The notes under the pieces were generated by a model that was not told where the DNA came from, searched no databases, and was given only the letters and a program-made list of their open reading frames with translations. From NCBI GenBank assembly GCA_951406725.2, contig OX597815.1, positions 150,102,001 to 150,166,000 of the forward strand: a DNA stretch of 64,000 bases. The letters run 5' to 3'. Origin of the DNA: Octopus vulgaris. Its lineage: Eukaryota. Positions 1 through 14,505 of this stretch are shown here, in pieces. A program made the position numbers and the translations under genes. Within the stretch, counting starts at the first letter, position 1, and each line of letters starts with the position of its first letter.

Positions 1-85
1 CAGGGTCGATGTAATCAGCTTAATCCCTTAGTCCTTGTTTGTCCCCTCTATGCTTAGCCCCTTGTGGGCAATAAACAAATAAATA
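1..85 (+). mobile_element. 3' part of a SINE (family 2) ending in the Tx1-LINE-type tail
   Basis: GGGTCGATGTAATC..TTAATCC..GTCCTTGTTTGTCCCCTCTATGCTTAGCCCCTTGTGGGCAATAAAC matches the minus-strand SINE at 56221-56420 and the LINE tails at 37481 and 42741. Confidence 0.75.
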
Positions 86-169
86 TTTAATAGTATTCTT
101 TTTACATGATATGTTTCTTAAATCTCCGTCGCTAGATACCACGTTTATCCTACACCATATTAAAAGAAA

Positions 170-372
170 ATGCGGCGAGCTGAGAGATCGTTAGCATATC
201 GGATAACGTACTTAACGGTATTTTTTCTGGTGCTTTACTGTCAGAGTTCAAATCCCAAAGGATGTCAACTCTGCCTTTTATTCCTTCCGGCTTGATAGAA
301 TAAAGTACCAGAGAGGAGCTGTGGTCGATGTAACTGACTTTCTCCCTTTTCTCAAAGATTACTTCCATTGAA
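170..372 (+). mobile_element. tRNA-headed SINE, family 2 (Meta/Nin-like central domain)
   Basis: B-box-like GAGTTCAAATCC, then GCCTTTTATTCCTTCCGGCTTGATAGAATAAAGTACCAG..GGTCGATGTAA. Homologous copies recur in the window. Confidence 0.65.
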
Positions 373-974
373 CCCTGCAACGGATCCGCATCAATTTCAG
401 AGGCATTGTCGTGATGTCGCTCACTTATACAACATTGAAATCGAGTGACCGATGTTAGAGATACTGGGGCTCATGGGAAAATACCGTAAAGTAATATTAT
501 TGAGTAAAAAATTACCTGCATATTACTTCGACACACTTTATGTTAAAAGCTCCACCCTGACTGCGTGAAACTATAAGGTAATCCTTCCTGCCATAACCAT
601 CATATCTTGTTTTTCAAGACACATTGTATATAGGACTGCATTATACAACGTGTCGTCTTGTCTTTATAACGGTGAGGTGTAAACATCACAAATTATTCAT
701 TCTCTATTAGTCACAGTTATTGTAGAAATATTATATCTCCTTTACTATATTTCATATAGAATCGATCTTTACTAAAATTAATTACGAAGATATAAAAGCA
801 TAATCACATACAGCGTAATTGGTTATATTGAAGTATTAATAAATCAAGATTTAACATAATGTAAAATAGAAAAAAAAAATTAATTACGAGAATATCTTTC
901 GAAATATTAATTCTCAGCTTGTAAGAAGTTAACATTATTTGCTTTGATTAAAACATCACTTTGCATTTCTTCTT

Positions 975-989
975 CATTATTATTACTAT

Positions 990-1078
<89 letters not shown>

Positions 1079-1207
1079 TAATAATAATAAAAATGAAAAT
1101 AATAATAATAATAATAATAATGATAATCATTATCATTATCATTATCATTGCTATTGTTGTTGTTGTTATTGTTATTATTGCCGTTGATATTTTTGTTGTA
1201 TATTGTT

Positions 1208-1264
<57 letters not shown>

Positions 1265-1295
1265 GGTGGTGGTGGTGGTGGTGGTGGTGGTTGCA
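975..1295. repeat. Compound trinucleotide microsatellite (AAT)n-(ATT/ATC)n-(GTT)n-(GGT)n
   Basis: Read directly from the sequence. Confidence 0.95.
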
Positions 1296-1626
1296 GTGAT
1301 AGTGTTTCTGTTGCTGTTGTCTGCAGAATGTGACTACGCTCATAGCGTAAGTAGATGTGGGAACTAATATAAATTTTACCTGCGTTAAAGTGCTTTGATG
1401 TTTCAGTTTGTTCTATTTTACAAGAACCATGTTGTGTCTAATATATTTTTGAGGAAAATATGAACAACAGTTTCCGACTGAAGAAATCCCAGATCTTGCC
1501 ATTTGAATTAAATTGCATCTCATGTCCTACGGTTAAGTTTCCACAGTGTTACACCACTCAGAAATATGAGTATCAGAAACACGTTTTTTTATAAATACAC
1601 TGCAAATCATATATACATTAACCATA

Positions 1627-2031
<405 letters not shown>

Positions 2032-2532
2032 AGCTTTCGGGCTACCTCCTGGAGAGGGCAACTTTGGGGCCTTCGTCCCCACTATCGGGCCGCATCGCGA
2101 CCCTCTACCCGTCTACAATGATAATTATTCATGCAAATATGCTAAGCACTGATGCTGATCATAGTTTAATCAATAAGCATAGGAGAGAGGTAAATGTGGT
2201 AGAAATATCGGTGGGGTCAGCGGTGGGGTAAGAGGCTCTTCAGAAATTGAAGCTCATCACGGTACTCCGTGGAAATTCATGGTATTTAAATTCATTGTCA
2301 TAGCTCCGATTTGGTCACCAATGCCAATTTACTTTAAAATGCAGTAGAAATAGTGGTTGTGGCTAGTGGGCCACTAATTAGGCGGTTCTTAAAAAATAGA
2401 CCACCTTAGGACAATCCCTGGGATTAGAGGTGTTGCTGGTTTGAGTTTCCTTGTATTTGCACCAACGGCCTAGGAGGAGTTAACGCACATAGAAACGTAA
2501 CGGACAGAGAAACATCACTTAAATTTATATTG

Positions 2533-2575
<43 letters not shown>

Positions 2576-2647
2576 GTGTGTGTGTGTGCGTGTGTGAGTG
2601 TGAGTGAGAGTTTGTGAGTGTTTGTGTGTGCGTGTGTGTGCGTGAGT

Positions 2648-2731
<84 letters not shown>

Positions 2732-3021
2732 TAGTACAAACTGTACATAGAGAATAATGAAAGGACAGCTGGCAATGTCAGAAGTTTCAATAGTCAAGCA
2801 AAAATTTCAAATGTAACGAACAAAATGTAATTACACAAAGAAAAAAATACATTTTGCGCACGATGAGTAGAACGCTGAAAACAGGAAAAAAATGTGAAAT
2901 ACTGACATTTCGAGTGGCTCATTTATCAAAGTAAAACGAAAAGCGTCAGAAATTATAACTATTTGAAGAAGCACATGTGTATCTTTATGGTACATGATTA
3001 TATATATATATATATATATAT

Positions 3022-3765
3022 ACTTTGATACTTTGATACTTTGATAGGTTTCGGCCATTATTGGCCCAGGCCATGTCTAACTTAATAGCACCACCTGGTG
3101 AAAGTCTTTCAAGTCAGAATTTGGGCACTATGGCCCACTCAAGTAGAGAGTTATTGTTTACAGAGACATATCCGGGTGTAGGGGGTTTATCCGGGATTTC
3201 TTGAAGGAATCTGTCCAAAGACGTCTTGAACCCTATAGGGTCAGTTTCTGTTTTAATGTGTTTTGGTGTAATGTTAAAGAGAGCGGGGCCAATTGAGGTG
3301 AAATAATTGTGCCGTATTGTTGTTATGAGATGTGAGTGCGATTTTTGTTTTGGGCGGATGGCACGGGGCCCAAGCCTTGGATGTACCTTAAAGGTGATGC
3401 CAACATCATTTGGGCAATGCTGATGGAATATTTTCCACATCATGCAGATGATGTAGCGCTCACGACGACGTTGGAGAGAATAGAGTTTTAGCTTTTCTAG
3501 TCGACCCCAATAGTCGAGGCCTGTCATGCCATCTATCTTTTTTGTGATTGCCCTTTGAGGTGCTTCAACTTTTATGATACCTTGTATTGTGTGGGGAGAC
3601 CACAGTGGACAACACTATTCAAGGTGGGGTCGGGCAAAAGTGGAGAAGAGAAGGATAATGGTGTGGATATCTCTCGACTGGAAAGTTCTGAGAATCCAGG
3701 AACACATTCTGCGGGCCATGTCAACTTTGGTGTTTATATGAGTGGCCCAGCTTATGTTGTTGTCC
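3022..3765 (-). mobile_element. CR1-clade LINE, 5'-truncated 3' fragment (ORF2 C-terminus and tail)
   Basis: ORF 3114-3527 (RLEKLKLYSLQRRRERY..FK..LDRFL..IPDKP) is homologous to 30057-30467. The tail has (TATCAAAG)n octamer repeats. Confidence 0.85.
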
Positions 3766-3979
3766 ACAATATATATATATATAAATTAAATTAGAGATAA
3801 ATCCACTATTAGGCAAATCAAACAGTGAAAAACATAAACCAAAGCATAGAAATAAAATTAATTAATATAATATACAAAATGGCTTTATCTCTAATTAAAT
3901 TTAAATTTATACTGTAAAATTAGATTTAATCCTAAATCTAATTTTTCCCTGTAAGTTTGGATTTACTCCCTAATATTAT

Positions 3980-3981
<2 letters not shown>

Positions 3982-4024
<43 letters not shown>

Positions 4025-4254
4025 CTGTTTGTCTGTGTCTGTGTGTATATATATATATATGTATATATATATATACATATATATATACATATATATATAT
4101 ACATGCATACATATATATATATGTATATATACATATATACATATATATATATGTATATATATATATATACATATACATCATATTTATGATATACAGCTAC
4201 CTATATGTGTGTGTGAGTCAGTCTGTGCGTGTGTGTATACATTTATATATAAAT

Positions 4255-4345
<91 letters not shown>

Positions 4346-4358
4346 TATATACGCATGT
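3982..4358. repeat. (TG)/(TA)/(CA) compound microsatellite
   Basis: Read directly from the sequence. Confidence 0.95.
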
Positions 4359-4779
4359 ATGTATACATTTAATTATTCCATATTTGAACTTTTCTGCATT
4401 CATATCCGAAAATCTAAGTTCACTTCTACCATGATGGCGGTGGCTCGCCATATCCAGCCAATGCTGATTGCTTCCATTGCAGCCATATATTGTGACGGAC
4501 TACATCTACCAACATTACAATGGATCTCTGAACCCGAACAAACAGGTGTTGGACATATATTTTATTCGTATCGCGAATAAAATATAAGAAATCTCATCAA
4601 AAATTTAAACTCCCTGGACATGGCTGAAAGTTTGGATACGTGAATACATTTACTTTATTTACCACTCTTTGGAGCTGAGAAGGTGGAGGTTTTTGAAAAA
4701 TTCACAAAATCCTTAATTTTTGATGCAAACAAATTTTATTGACATCAATGTGTTTGTATTGAATTAGCATTTGTCCGAA

Positions 4780-5220
4780 TTAAGTGTGGAAAACAACATC
4801 CATCATGCGGTATCCGTTTTCATTGATGCCTTCTTGGAAAGGCGTTCTTGGAAGTTGTCTGACGCGTTTCACATTTTCCAAGGTCCGTACTGTTCGTGAC
4901 GTTGCCACCAGTCTTCTATTCATCAGTGTACCTCGTGTAAATACTGCATTCACACAAGGTGAGATGATTGTGTTACGGGTGAGAAAGGCCTGATTTCGGT
5001 GAATGCTAGAGTGGCGCCGAAACTCACGCTGCACTGCTGTGACAGACTCGTTATTCTTCACGTAACTGTCGTAAGCAAACACGCGATGCTTTATCGTAAA
5101 CAGCGACATGGCTTCACCTGAAAAGGGAAAAAGAGGCTAAGACACCACGGATATATGTTCCACCTACTGGGGTGAGAAGTAGACATTTCAAAAAGGTCCA
5201 TCCTCTCTGCCCCACCTTGA
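4780..5220 (-). mobile_element. Internally deleted Tc1/mariner-superfamily element (DUF4817-like HTH N-terminus fused to a C-terminal remnant)
   Basis: ORF 4780-5109 (HRVFAYDSYVKNNESVTAVQREFRRH..RTVRTLENVKRVR) is typical of these transposase N-termini. No DDE core follows. Confidence 0.65.
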
Positions 5221-5279
5221 ACATGGATAAATACAAATATGAAGATGAATTTACAGGCTGCAATTGACAGCACTTTACT

Positions 5280-5870
5280 CTTTTCCTGAATGATTGGCAT
5301 CATAGATTGTCGGAATATGTTCATGTAAATGGAACCTGTCATAGTACTGTCAAAAATGATTAACCAAATTATTTGATTTAATAAACCACATCATACTGTA
5401 ATATGCGGAATATTTGGTACCAGCGATTTACTGATTCATTTAATTTAAATGTAGTCTAGTTACTCCAAACAATCTTTGGAGGATAATTATGAAGATTTTA
5501 TCCATCTTGCAAAGTATCACTCTAAAACCCTACTCTTTGGTCCAGATCATGTTTATTGAGTTTTTGGACTATTCTGGGAATGTAATTTTTCCAATGACAG
5601 TATTTCAAAATAACTATTGCATGACTGGCGTGTCATACACATTTTCCTCAACTCTTGCAATACTAGATTTTACTGCTCTTTCTTGCTTTGTGGAACTCGC
5701 CGATGTTCGCAGTTTTCAGAAACATGTGTTGTAAAAATTTTGCTCTGTAGCTTTTGCTTCAAGTGTATCTCAAATTCGTTTGTTATTAAGTCGTGTAGCT
5801 CGACATTCTGAAACTCACCCTTGGATCGTTCTTACATTTCGGCTTGCTTTTTTGTTTATGTAGCTATTTA
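5280..5870 (-). pseudogene. Degenerate Tc1/mariner-like transposase fragment
   Basis: Hand translation gives YIPRIVQKLNKHDLDQRVGF and TVTGSIYMNIFRQSMMPII, with stops and frameshifts. Confidence 0.45.
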
Positions 5871-5999
5871 GGTAAAAATGTTCATTGTAAAAAGCTTAGT
5901 CTGGCACCCTTCAATGATTGTAATGGGGTAAGTATAAAAACTGTTAAAATGAGCTTACGTTTTGAATGACAGAAATAGAAAGATAGATAGATAGGTAGG

Positions 6000-6099
<100 letters not shown>

Positions 6100-6123
6100 C
6101 AGACAGACAAATAGATAGATATG

Positions 6124-6498
6124 TTTCTTTATTAGCCACACAGGGCTGAACACAGACGGGACAGATTACCAAGTAGCGCTTTTCTTTTTTGGGGGAAAAA
6201 AAGGTGGGGTAGGTTTTCGATCAAAATGGATCGTAAGGTGGAAAGAAGAAAATGAAGAAAAAAAGGAAAAAAGGAAAAGAAACAAAAGAAAACAAAAAAA
6301 ACGATCAATAGGGATCGTGTATCACAGTGTCATGATGTAAGGTGATAAGGGGGAAGCAGATAAGGTTTATCCGTGAGAAGAAAAGCCTACGGAAACGACC
6401 ACGGTAAACTCGGTCAATATTGTTACATGTTACCACATTTGTTTGCATGTAGGTAACCCTCTGTTATAAATTTCCGGGTTCATAGTATTATGCTCAAG
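6124..6498 (-). mobile_element. Tx1-clade LINE 3' UTR fragment inside a (GATA)n tract
   Basis: Tail TGTCCCGTCTGTGTTCAGCCCTGTGTGGCTAATAAAGAAA. Homologous to 6589-6800. Confidence 0.7.
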
Positions 6499-6499
6499 T

Positions 6500-6584
<85 letters not shown>

Positions 6585-6588
6585 GTAG

Positions 6589-7935
6589 TTTTTTATTGCC
6601 CAAGCAGGGCTGAACACAGAAGGAACAAAATACAAAGTAAAGCTTTTCTTTTTGGGAAGAAGAGAAGGAAAAAAAGGAAAAAACTGGGGCCGATCAATAG
6701 GGATCGTGTATCATAGAAATGTCAATGTAAAAAGGGAAAACACATTAGGTTTGTCCTTGGATAGAAACGCCTACAGAAAAGACCAAGAGAACATTGGGCA
6801 ATAGTGTCATGCAAAAAGAAATCACAGAGTGAGTGGCTCTCTTTTTTCCTTTTGTTTTTTTTTCTTTTGATTCATAGGATTATGTTCAAGCTGGCTCCGT
6901 CATTCACACATGCAATTCTTGCTACATTCACACACATTTTTTTGAAACATTCACCAGTCAAAACTTCCTTCTCTACTCTCACCTTCCTCTTCAAGTGATA
7001 CTTGAAGAAGTTGATGAGAGATTGACCAGAGAGAAAGTGTTTGTGTCTAGACCTTTCAGACGCGTCCACCATACACATTCTTTCGCCATAGCCACAATTA
7101 CGATGAAAATGGCTCTCCCTTCCCATTTCAAGGAAAGAAGCGCGACAATATTCACGATAGACTCGGTTTATAAACCGACTCCTCCCACACCCCAGTCGTT
7201 CGACATAGGCCCACAGGTCGGAAATGGTTGGACACTGTAAGAGTGCGTGCAGAACAGTTTCGTCGCTCTGATCGCATCTCGGAAAGGTCGGCCCCGTGTT
7301 TCTTGAGACATGCCTGTAGAGCTTATCCCGAAAGGGTAGCGCTTCTCGATAGCACTGTCAGGTCAGGAATCTTTGGAAGTTATCCATAGGTCCCGGCCCG
7401 AAAATTGTCTTGAACAGGCGGGTCAGTTATTCTTAGTCAATGCCCTGGTTCGCCCCGAGATTGTAGTCGTACCTCCCCTCCACTAATCCCCTATAGAATG
7501 CTTTGGTTGTGTTGAAATCGCTCAAGGTCGATCCGGGACGGCATAGTTGCTTGAGAGCAACGTGACATTCGAGGTGGCCATTCGGCCTTCCTTGGCCTCT
7601 TTTTGAGCCACGACTGCATTTCGGTCATGGAGACGAGCTGCGGGAAAGCGCTCCTCACAAACGGCGACCACACCTGTTCACCGTCATCTACGTTGAGCCG
7701 GAGGTGTCTTAGTCTCAGCGCGTGTCAGCACATCAACCACGTCCTGCCCAGCCCTCCTTTTAACGGGTGTTGGCAGCAAACAGATTGCTTGACCATCCTT
7801 TCCACAAGAAGCAGAAGAGAATGTTCTAGCTTGGTGAAGGTAGGGTCGGGACAAGGCACCACGGTCAGGCGGTAGTAGATGACGGACTCGATGTACGTGC
7901 TCGCCACCTCCGCCCGACCTTTTAGGGACAGCATC
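6589..7935 (-). mobile_element. 5'-truncated, decayed Tx1-clade LINE (ORF2 C-terminal part and 3' UTR)
   Basis: LSLKGRAEVA..VIYYRLTVVPCPD, CCQHPLKGGLG and HLKRKVRVE align with ORF2 at 37725-38780. Same tail type; (GATA)n on both sides. Confidence 0.85.
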
Positions 7936-7950
7936 TTCTTGGCCCATAGT

Positions 7951-7989
<39 letters not shown>

Positions 7990-10199
7990 GCATACACATG
8001 TACAAAAGCAAAGACAAGCATGTAGATAGGTAGGTAGATAGATAGGTAGGTAGGTAGGTAGGTAGGTAGGTAGGTAGGTAGGTAGGTAGGTAGGTAGGTA
8101 GGTATGCAGGTAGGTAGGTAGGGAGGTAGGGAGGTAGGTAAGTACGTGTGTATGTATGTATACATGCCTGCATGTACGTATGTATGTGCATTGACTGTCA
8201 AATTTCCCAATGGTGGTCATACACGAAGAGAATATAGGCTGCCACTTGAAGATTATGAGCTGAAAATAATGCCTAGTTATTTGAAACGGTCTGCCTCTTG
8301 AGAAATAGGTGATATTAAGTTCAATGCATGATTTATTCGCCACAATGTCGAATGAGAGACTACAAAATTCCTTCTAACAGTCAGAAGTGAGAAATTCAAT
8401 GAACCTGATGTTTGTGCTCAACATTATATATTTTGGACGTATATTTGTGTCAGTGGTCAACACTTTTGATGCATAGTGAACGCAAGGGTTAATGAGAGAT
8501 TAGAAGTACAAATACAATTATTCATTTGTGTCAAAAAAATTTTCATTAATTGGCTAAATTAAGGAAATAACATTAGAAGATTTCCCAATGGTGCCTTCTG
8601 CATGTACAAAATAGAGCTTAATAAACTCTTTCACATCCCAGATGATGAGCTGAACGTAATATTTAATTAATTAATTGGTATTGTAGCCCTAATGAGAAGG
8701 AAATCATTATCATTAATAAAACTTTAATTCTCAGAATAAATAAGGGAGACAACTTGTAACAATTCAATTAACTGAAAATATTTTTTTAATACAAATATTC
8801 TAACGTTGCGAGTGATAATTGAATTTTGCGCGTTATGTTTACAGCTATGCATGTGTCGTCCTCCCATGGGTCACAAATAGAAACTCAGTAAGAAAATTTT
8901 TAACTGAATAGAAAAAAATATATTTACACTGAATGCATCTCTAAATTGTAGATTATTATGTGTATACGCTTTGCTAATTAAAATCTTTCAATATTGAGAG
9001 ACAAATACTTATGTTAATCAGCAATAACTCTGTTACATACACAATCACAACTCTTCTACATTCATACACATACACACATATAAACAACAGTTCCACGCAC
9101 ATCCACATATAACTGCGTATATTTACATATATTTGCATAAATTTGTATAGGTACCTCTGCATATACATGCATATATATATAATTTTGAAGAAAGTCGATA
9201 CATATATTTTCAATAGTTACCAACTATAACTGCGCTTGCGCATTGGATTTGAAAAATTATCTTGTACAAAGATGGGACAAGTGTTGTATATTTGTCCCAT
9301 AATTATACGTTAATTTTTAGCGCCCTTTCTGATGAGAACACGCATAACAAAATATTTTATTTGTTCATTAAGTTTCGAAACCTAGGTACAAGTGGTAACT
9401 ATTGAAAATGTTTTTATTTTTCATTCCCTTCGGAATTACTCTTAACCGTGGTTTGGGCTTTAACTGTTCCATTTATTATGTAAGGTGTACTGTTTTGGGT
9501 CACCCAGCCCTTTCATGCTTATTCGTTCATTCCACTCTTCGTTCTTTCGTTCCCCCTCTCTCACATTTCTTTGCCATCTCTTCTTGCTCACTTTCCTCCA
9601 ATTTTTACTTCACTGTGTACCTGTCATTTTTTCTCGCCCCTCCTTAATTCTTCTGTCCCTCTGCTTCTACCTCTCTCTCTTCTCTTTCCACGTGACCGGT
9701 GTTCGGCCAAGCCTGATCTTTATTTCTTGGTCTGGCCGTGTCCGTGCAACATCGATATTCCTCACTGTGCCTCTGAAACCTTGTACCTCTGCCGTAAGGC
9801 TTCATTTCCACACACCCCAGCTTAATTTAAATCGTCCTTAGCCAAACGACACCTGTTGTTATATCCTGTTATTATTTTGTATTGTATATGTGTAACATTG
9901 TCCGTCTTTTACTGTCCTTGTTTTGTATACATTCGCTGCTTTCTTCCAAGGAATCTATGCTGTTAGCTTAGTTTTTCCTTGGAGATGGCCAGATTGGGGC
10001 AATCTCGTGTATAATCAGCCGAAATTGCGAAGATAGTCTGGTACTTGAGTGAGGAAAGAAAACTTTGAATGACTCGTTCTTGTTTTCTTTGTATGGTCTC
10101 TCTGGATGATTTGTTGTCCCATTGTTGTATCACCTAGCTAACCGGATGTTTTGCGTTCTTGTCCCATTTTGTATTATATATATATCCATTCATTCTCTA

Positions 10200-11620
10200 T
10201 GCTCATTGTTGCAGGGAGAGTCGAGAAGCAGAGAGCTGTGGCATCTTTTCATACAAGAAACAATTGACGTTACACTTTCCGGCTGGATTTTGCACCGTAA
10301 CCAACTGATACTGTCTCATTCTTCGTCTACCCCAAGGTCACATATCAGCTGGCTCGACTTGAAACCTCCGTCATGCGATTCATTCCTGCGACATTCCTAC
10401 CGCACGTCATATAAAATATGAACAGATGAGGTGAAAATAAGCAACCCTGCTGAATTTCAACACCCAATTGAAAGGTTTCTACGGAGCACAATTTACCCGA
10501 ATACAGACAATTGAGCATTCGTATAGCGACTTGACAGCAACTTGGTTCCCTACTAATCCTAATCTCCTGCAAAACCTTTCATAGCGTGTCCTGCGGCCCG
10601 CTGTTATATGACTTTAATAGCTCTACACAGCAAATGCACGCTTCTTGGCAATATTTGCACCATTTCTCGAAAACCTGCCATAGAGTGAATATTTGATCGG
10701 ATATGCTGCATCGAAAACGGAAGACAAGCTGTCAACATGTTGGGGTCAGCAATATCCCTACATCTCTTATCCAGACAACTAACAAAGACTTTACGGAGAG
10801 GATCTACAAGGAGATTCACCTATAATTATAGCACTCTATCTTGATTTTCTTTTTAAAAATTGTGATTATCTATCCTTGTTGCATTAGCTTTATTATTAAA
10901 GCATAACCGAGGCAGAGAAAAGCTTCTTCGTTTAAGATTTTTAACATCGCTGGCCGAATTTCATCCTCCAATCGACCCTGCCTCACTTGAGTGATTTTAT
11001 TGCCTATATAACGTGAGATTAAACTTCGCCTCCGGATGAACCGGGTATTCAACCGAAAATGTTATTGTTATTTGATTCAGATCAGCAAAGTCTTCTCTCC
11101 ATATCCCATGATTTTTATCTCTGCAGGGATAAAAATGCCAGCCGAGTTCTAAACGGTAAATGTGAAAGAAGGTTTCTTGTTACAAAGCAAGCGGATGGTC
11201 TGCCAGAATACTTTATTGGCCATTGTAAAGTCAGAATACATCTTAATCTCAAATTCCACTCGTGGCTTCGCCTTCGACGATTTTACTGTCTCTACTGCAA
11301 CTTCCAGCCCTCAGTTTACTGCCTGCGCAAAAGGAGGAACTTGTTTCCAAATCAAGATTTTTAAGCCATCTTCTTAGATAACTTCTTAGGGTAATTACTG
11401 AACCGAGATGCTTAGATCAACGGCATTATACGCCGAAGAAGAAGCTGACGAACAAAATAATCTCCATAGCAATTCGACGTCTTCAATTCCGTCCAGACGT
11501 TCTCTGCATTTAGATGCAGTTGTGTCCACATATTGGTTTCCCATTCCATCATCTTCTGGAACTTCCCAAATGATGCTGCATGTCGCACTGAACTTAATAG
11601 TGTTATGTGTTCTCCAAGCA
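10200..11620 (-). mobile_element. Highly decayed RTE-clade LINE (RT region)
   Basis: Fragments IEDVELLWRLF, ANKVFWQTIRLL, EDEIRPAMLKIL, KVFVSCLDKRCRDIADP, SDQIFTL and QQGCLFSPHLFIFYM occur in RTE order, with many stops and frameshifts. Confidence 0.75.
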
Positions 11621-11634
11621 TATATTTGAGTGCA

Positions 11635-11822
11635 CCGATTTTTTTCCCACTTCTTCCTTTTTCTTGTTTGACTTTCCCATGTCTCCTGTTTCTGAAGAAG
11701 AGCTTTGCTAGAAACGTAATAAAACCACTCTTTCTTTCCTCCTCTGAGTGATTTATTAATATTTTGCATGTACCACATCCTCGTGTTTTTTTTTCTTGTT
11801 GTTCTCTTTCTCCATTGCTTTG
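11635..11822 (+). mobile_element. Short repeat carrying a Penelope-type hammerhead-ribozyme-like motif
   Basis: CTGAAGA-AGAGCTTTGCTA-GAAACG at 11692-11716. Homologous copy at 16245-16450 (-). Confidence 0.5.
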
Positions 11823-11873
<51 letters not shown>

Positions 11874-11899
11874 ATCCATTTATATATGTGTATACATAT

Positions 11900-11965
<66 letters not shown>

Positions 11966-12829
11966 ATGTATATGTATATGTATATGTATATACATATATA
12001 AATGGATGGATAGCTGTGAAAGAAACATCTTTCCATAACGACGCCGTACTGTAATAATGATTCTGCGATGTTGTGTTACTTCCGGGAACATGTTACAACC
12101 ATGAACAATCACTTTTTCATTACAATCCCTTTTTTTATCAGCCTTCATTACGTACCAAATTTTGTGACTTGCAATGTCCTTAGGAATGTATTAGATCTAC
12201 CACCCAAAATTTGTTCGGCTGCAGCAGACTTTGTAAATAACCACAAACTAAATATTAATATTCTAACGTAAGTATATTTTGGGAAATATTTTTAGAAATG
12301 TCTAATACAATCACACATTCTTACATACTATGATTGATATCCATACGATTCACATTTTAAAGAAATCAATACTAATTCTTTTGTTAACAAACTTTAAAAA
12401 TATATATCTTCCAATGTATTTCCCAAAAGCATTTCAAAAAAAATATTCTTATAAAAGCAAGGCATCTATTGGTTGGTTATTAGATTGTACAGCAAGGTGA
12501 AGAACTTCTTTTCTAAGAATTTATTTTGTTTTGTTTTTCGATACGGGGAAGAGATAAGATATGTTATATTATCTTTAAGTATTTTTCAATTACAGTTTCT
12601 ATATTTCTTTCGTTTTAGAAATCGTCACCAATATTCATATACAGCAACGATTTTGTTTTCACTGGATCCCATCTCTGTAGGGGGATTCAATCAAATGATA
12701 TCGGGAGCCAGTATTTTGAAAGGAAAAGAAAATTGTAATCTGTATTTTAATTCAAGATTGGTGGGTTTTGTAGAATAATCAAATCGTCAAAAAATCGCTT
12801 TGCAACATTTCTTCTGGAATTTAAAGAAA

Positions 12830-13010
12830 GCAAGCTGACAGAATTGTTGGTACGCCGGGCAAAATGCTTAGTGGCGTTTCGTCCGTCTTCATTTTCTGAC
12901 TTGAAATTCCATCGACTTAGCTTTTCATCCTTTCGGGGAGATAAAATACTTGAACAATAGGGTTAACTCTTCTCCCTCATATTTGCTTGCCTTGTACCTA
13001 AATCAGAAAC
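12830..13010 (+). mobile_element. SINE family 2 copy (non-Tx1 tail)
   Basis: GCTGACAGAATTGTTGGTACGCCGGGCAAAATGCTTAG..TTTTCATCCTTTCGGGGAGATAAAATA. Confidence 0.65.
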
Positions 13011-14380
13011 AGTGATCTTGTATAAATGCAACGAACAACATTCTTTCTCTTGTTCAATCGGTCAATAAATTTGGTTGGAATTCATGATTTATGTATTTTC
13101 TTGATCAGATGTGGAAACAGCATTCGGAAAGAAAATTCCCTATGATAACGAAATAATATACTCGAAATCTGCTGCGAGATTCATAATAAAATTATTCAGT
13201 TGACTTTATTCATTAAACATTTTTTCTGTTCATAGCGTAACCAATAAAATCGGCTGCTTTTAAAACAGCTATGAAATGGTCTAAGTGAAGATTGATAATA
13301 TTACATTTTAATACGACATATTTACTAATGGTATTATGAAATAAATAAGCTTTTTATCTACTCGATATTAATATCAACATGTTTTTAAAAGTTATTAAGC
13401 TAAAACCGAATGATATATCCGAGCAATATAATTGTATTTCGCTTCATTATTAGATTGAGAGGAGAATGATTACAAAGCTAATAGTAACATCATTCATATA
13501 TTAGTCAAACTAAAAGGCCGCTCTCTTTTTAAGGAAGGAAGCCGCTTCAGAAACATTCAGCAATAATAAACTCCCCGATGCAGAGTATATTTGCTTTTGT
13601 AAGAGGGGAAGTTATAGATTACTGAAGTGCTACCTTGGTATTAATCGACCGTAAATAAAATGCAATATGAAGCAGCCGAAGTCAAAATATGGATAGATTA
13701 TATGAATTATTCAAAGGCGTTTATTGCCATTACTTGCTAGCTTTCCTGTGAACTCGTAATTTATACCAACTTGCTATTATTAGTAGCACTGTACTAAGCA
13801 AATATATAACTTTGTTAGTGAATCTATAACTGATGTGTGGAAAGTGTTACCTTCGGTAGACCTACTTTATCTTTTAATGAAGAATGAATACAGTATCCCT
13901 GAACCGTTACAGAGTCTAAGACACAACTGGGAGAGTAGAAGCTATCTTCAAACGGGAAACCGGACCCGAATGTTTGCAGAAACGTACTTGGGCTCGCTGA
14001 TGGGGATTTTAAACCAAGATTAGTGTTAAACTAGCCGCTGAAGTAGGCTATAGCAGGATGTGAACACAGTGACAAAGATCTATAAATAAAAGCGCAAAGA
14101 ATACGGTTCGACGGTCTTGTAGTTCCGCCAATCAATCGATTCTTGTTGGTGCATATTTTATCGACCCATGGAGGATAAAAGGAAAAGATAACCATTAGCC
14201 ATATTTGAACACAGTGTGTCGTATTGAATACCACGAAGTTAAAGTATTTTGTCAAACGTTACAACCACTGCCGATTTTCGGTGTATATTCTTATTCTAAA
14301 GTGTTTATTTCTCAATCCTAAGCCAGCTTCATATACGAGAATTTTCTATCTACATACCCCTATGTTGAATAAGATATATA

Positions 14381-14505
<125 letters not shown>

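Noticed and set aside
2125-2142. Octamer motif ATGCAAAT
   Set aside because: A single 8-mer in AT-rich DNA with no linked snRNA or promoter evidence.
8200-8760. Weak direct repeat (TTTCCCAATGGTG..GATGAGCTGAA-like) and a possible Penelope GIY-YIG remnant
   Set aside because: Too degenerate to support by eye.
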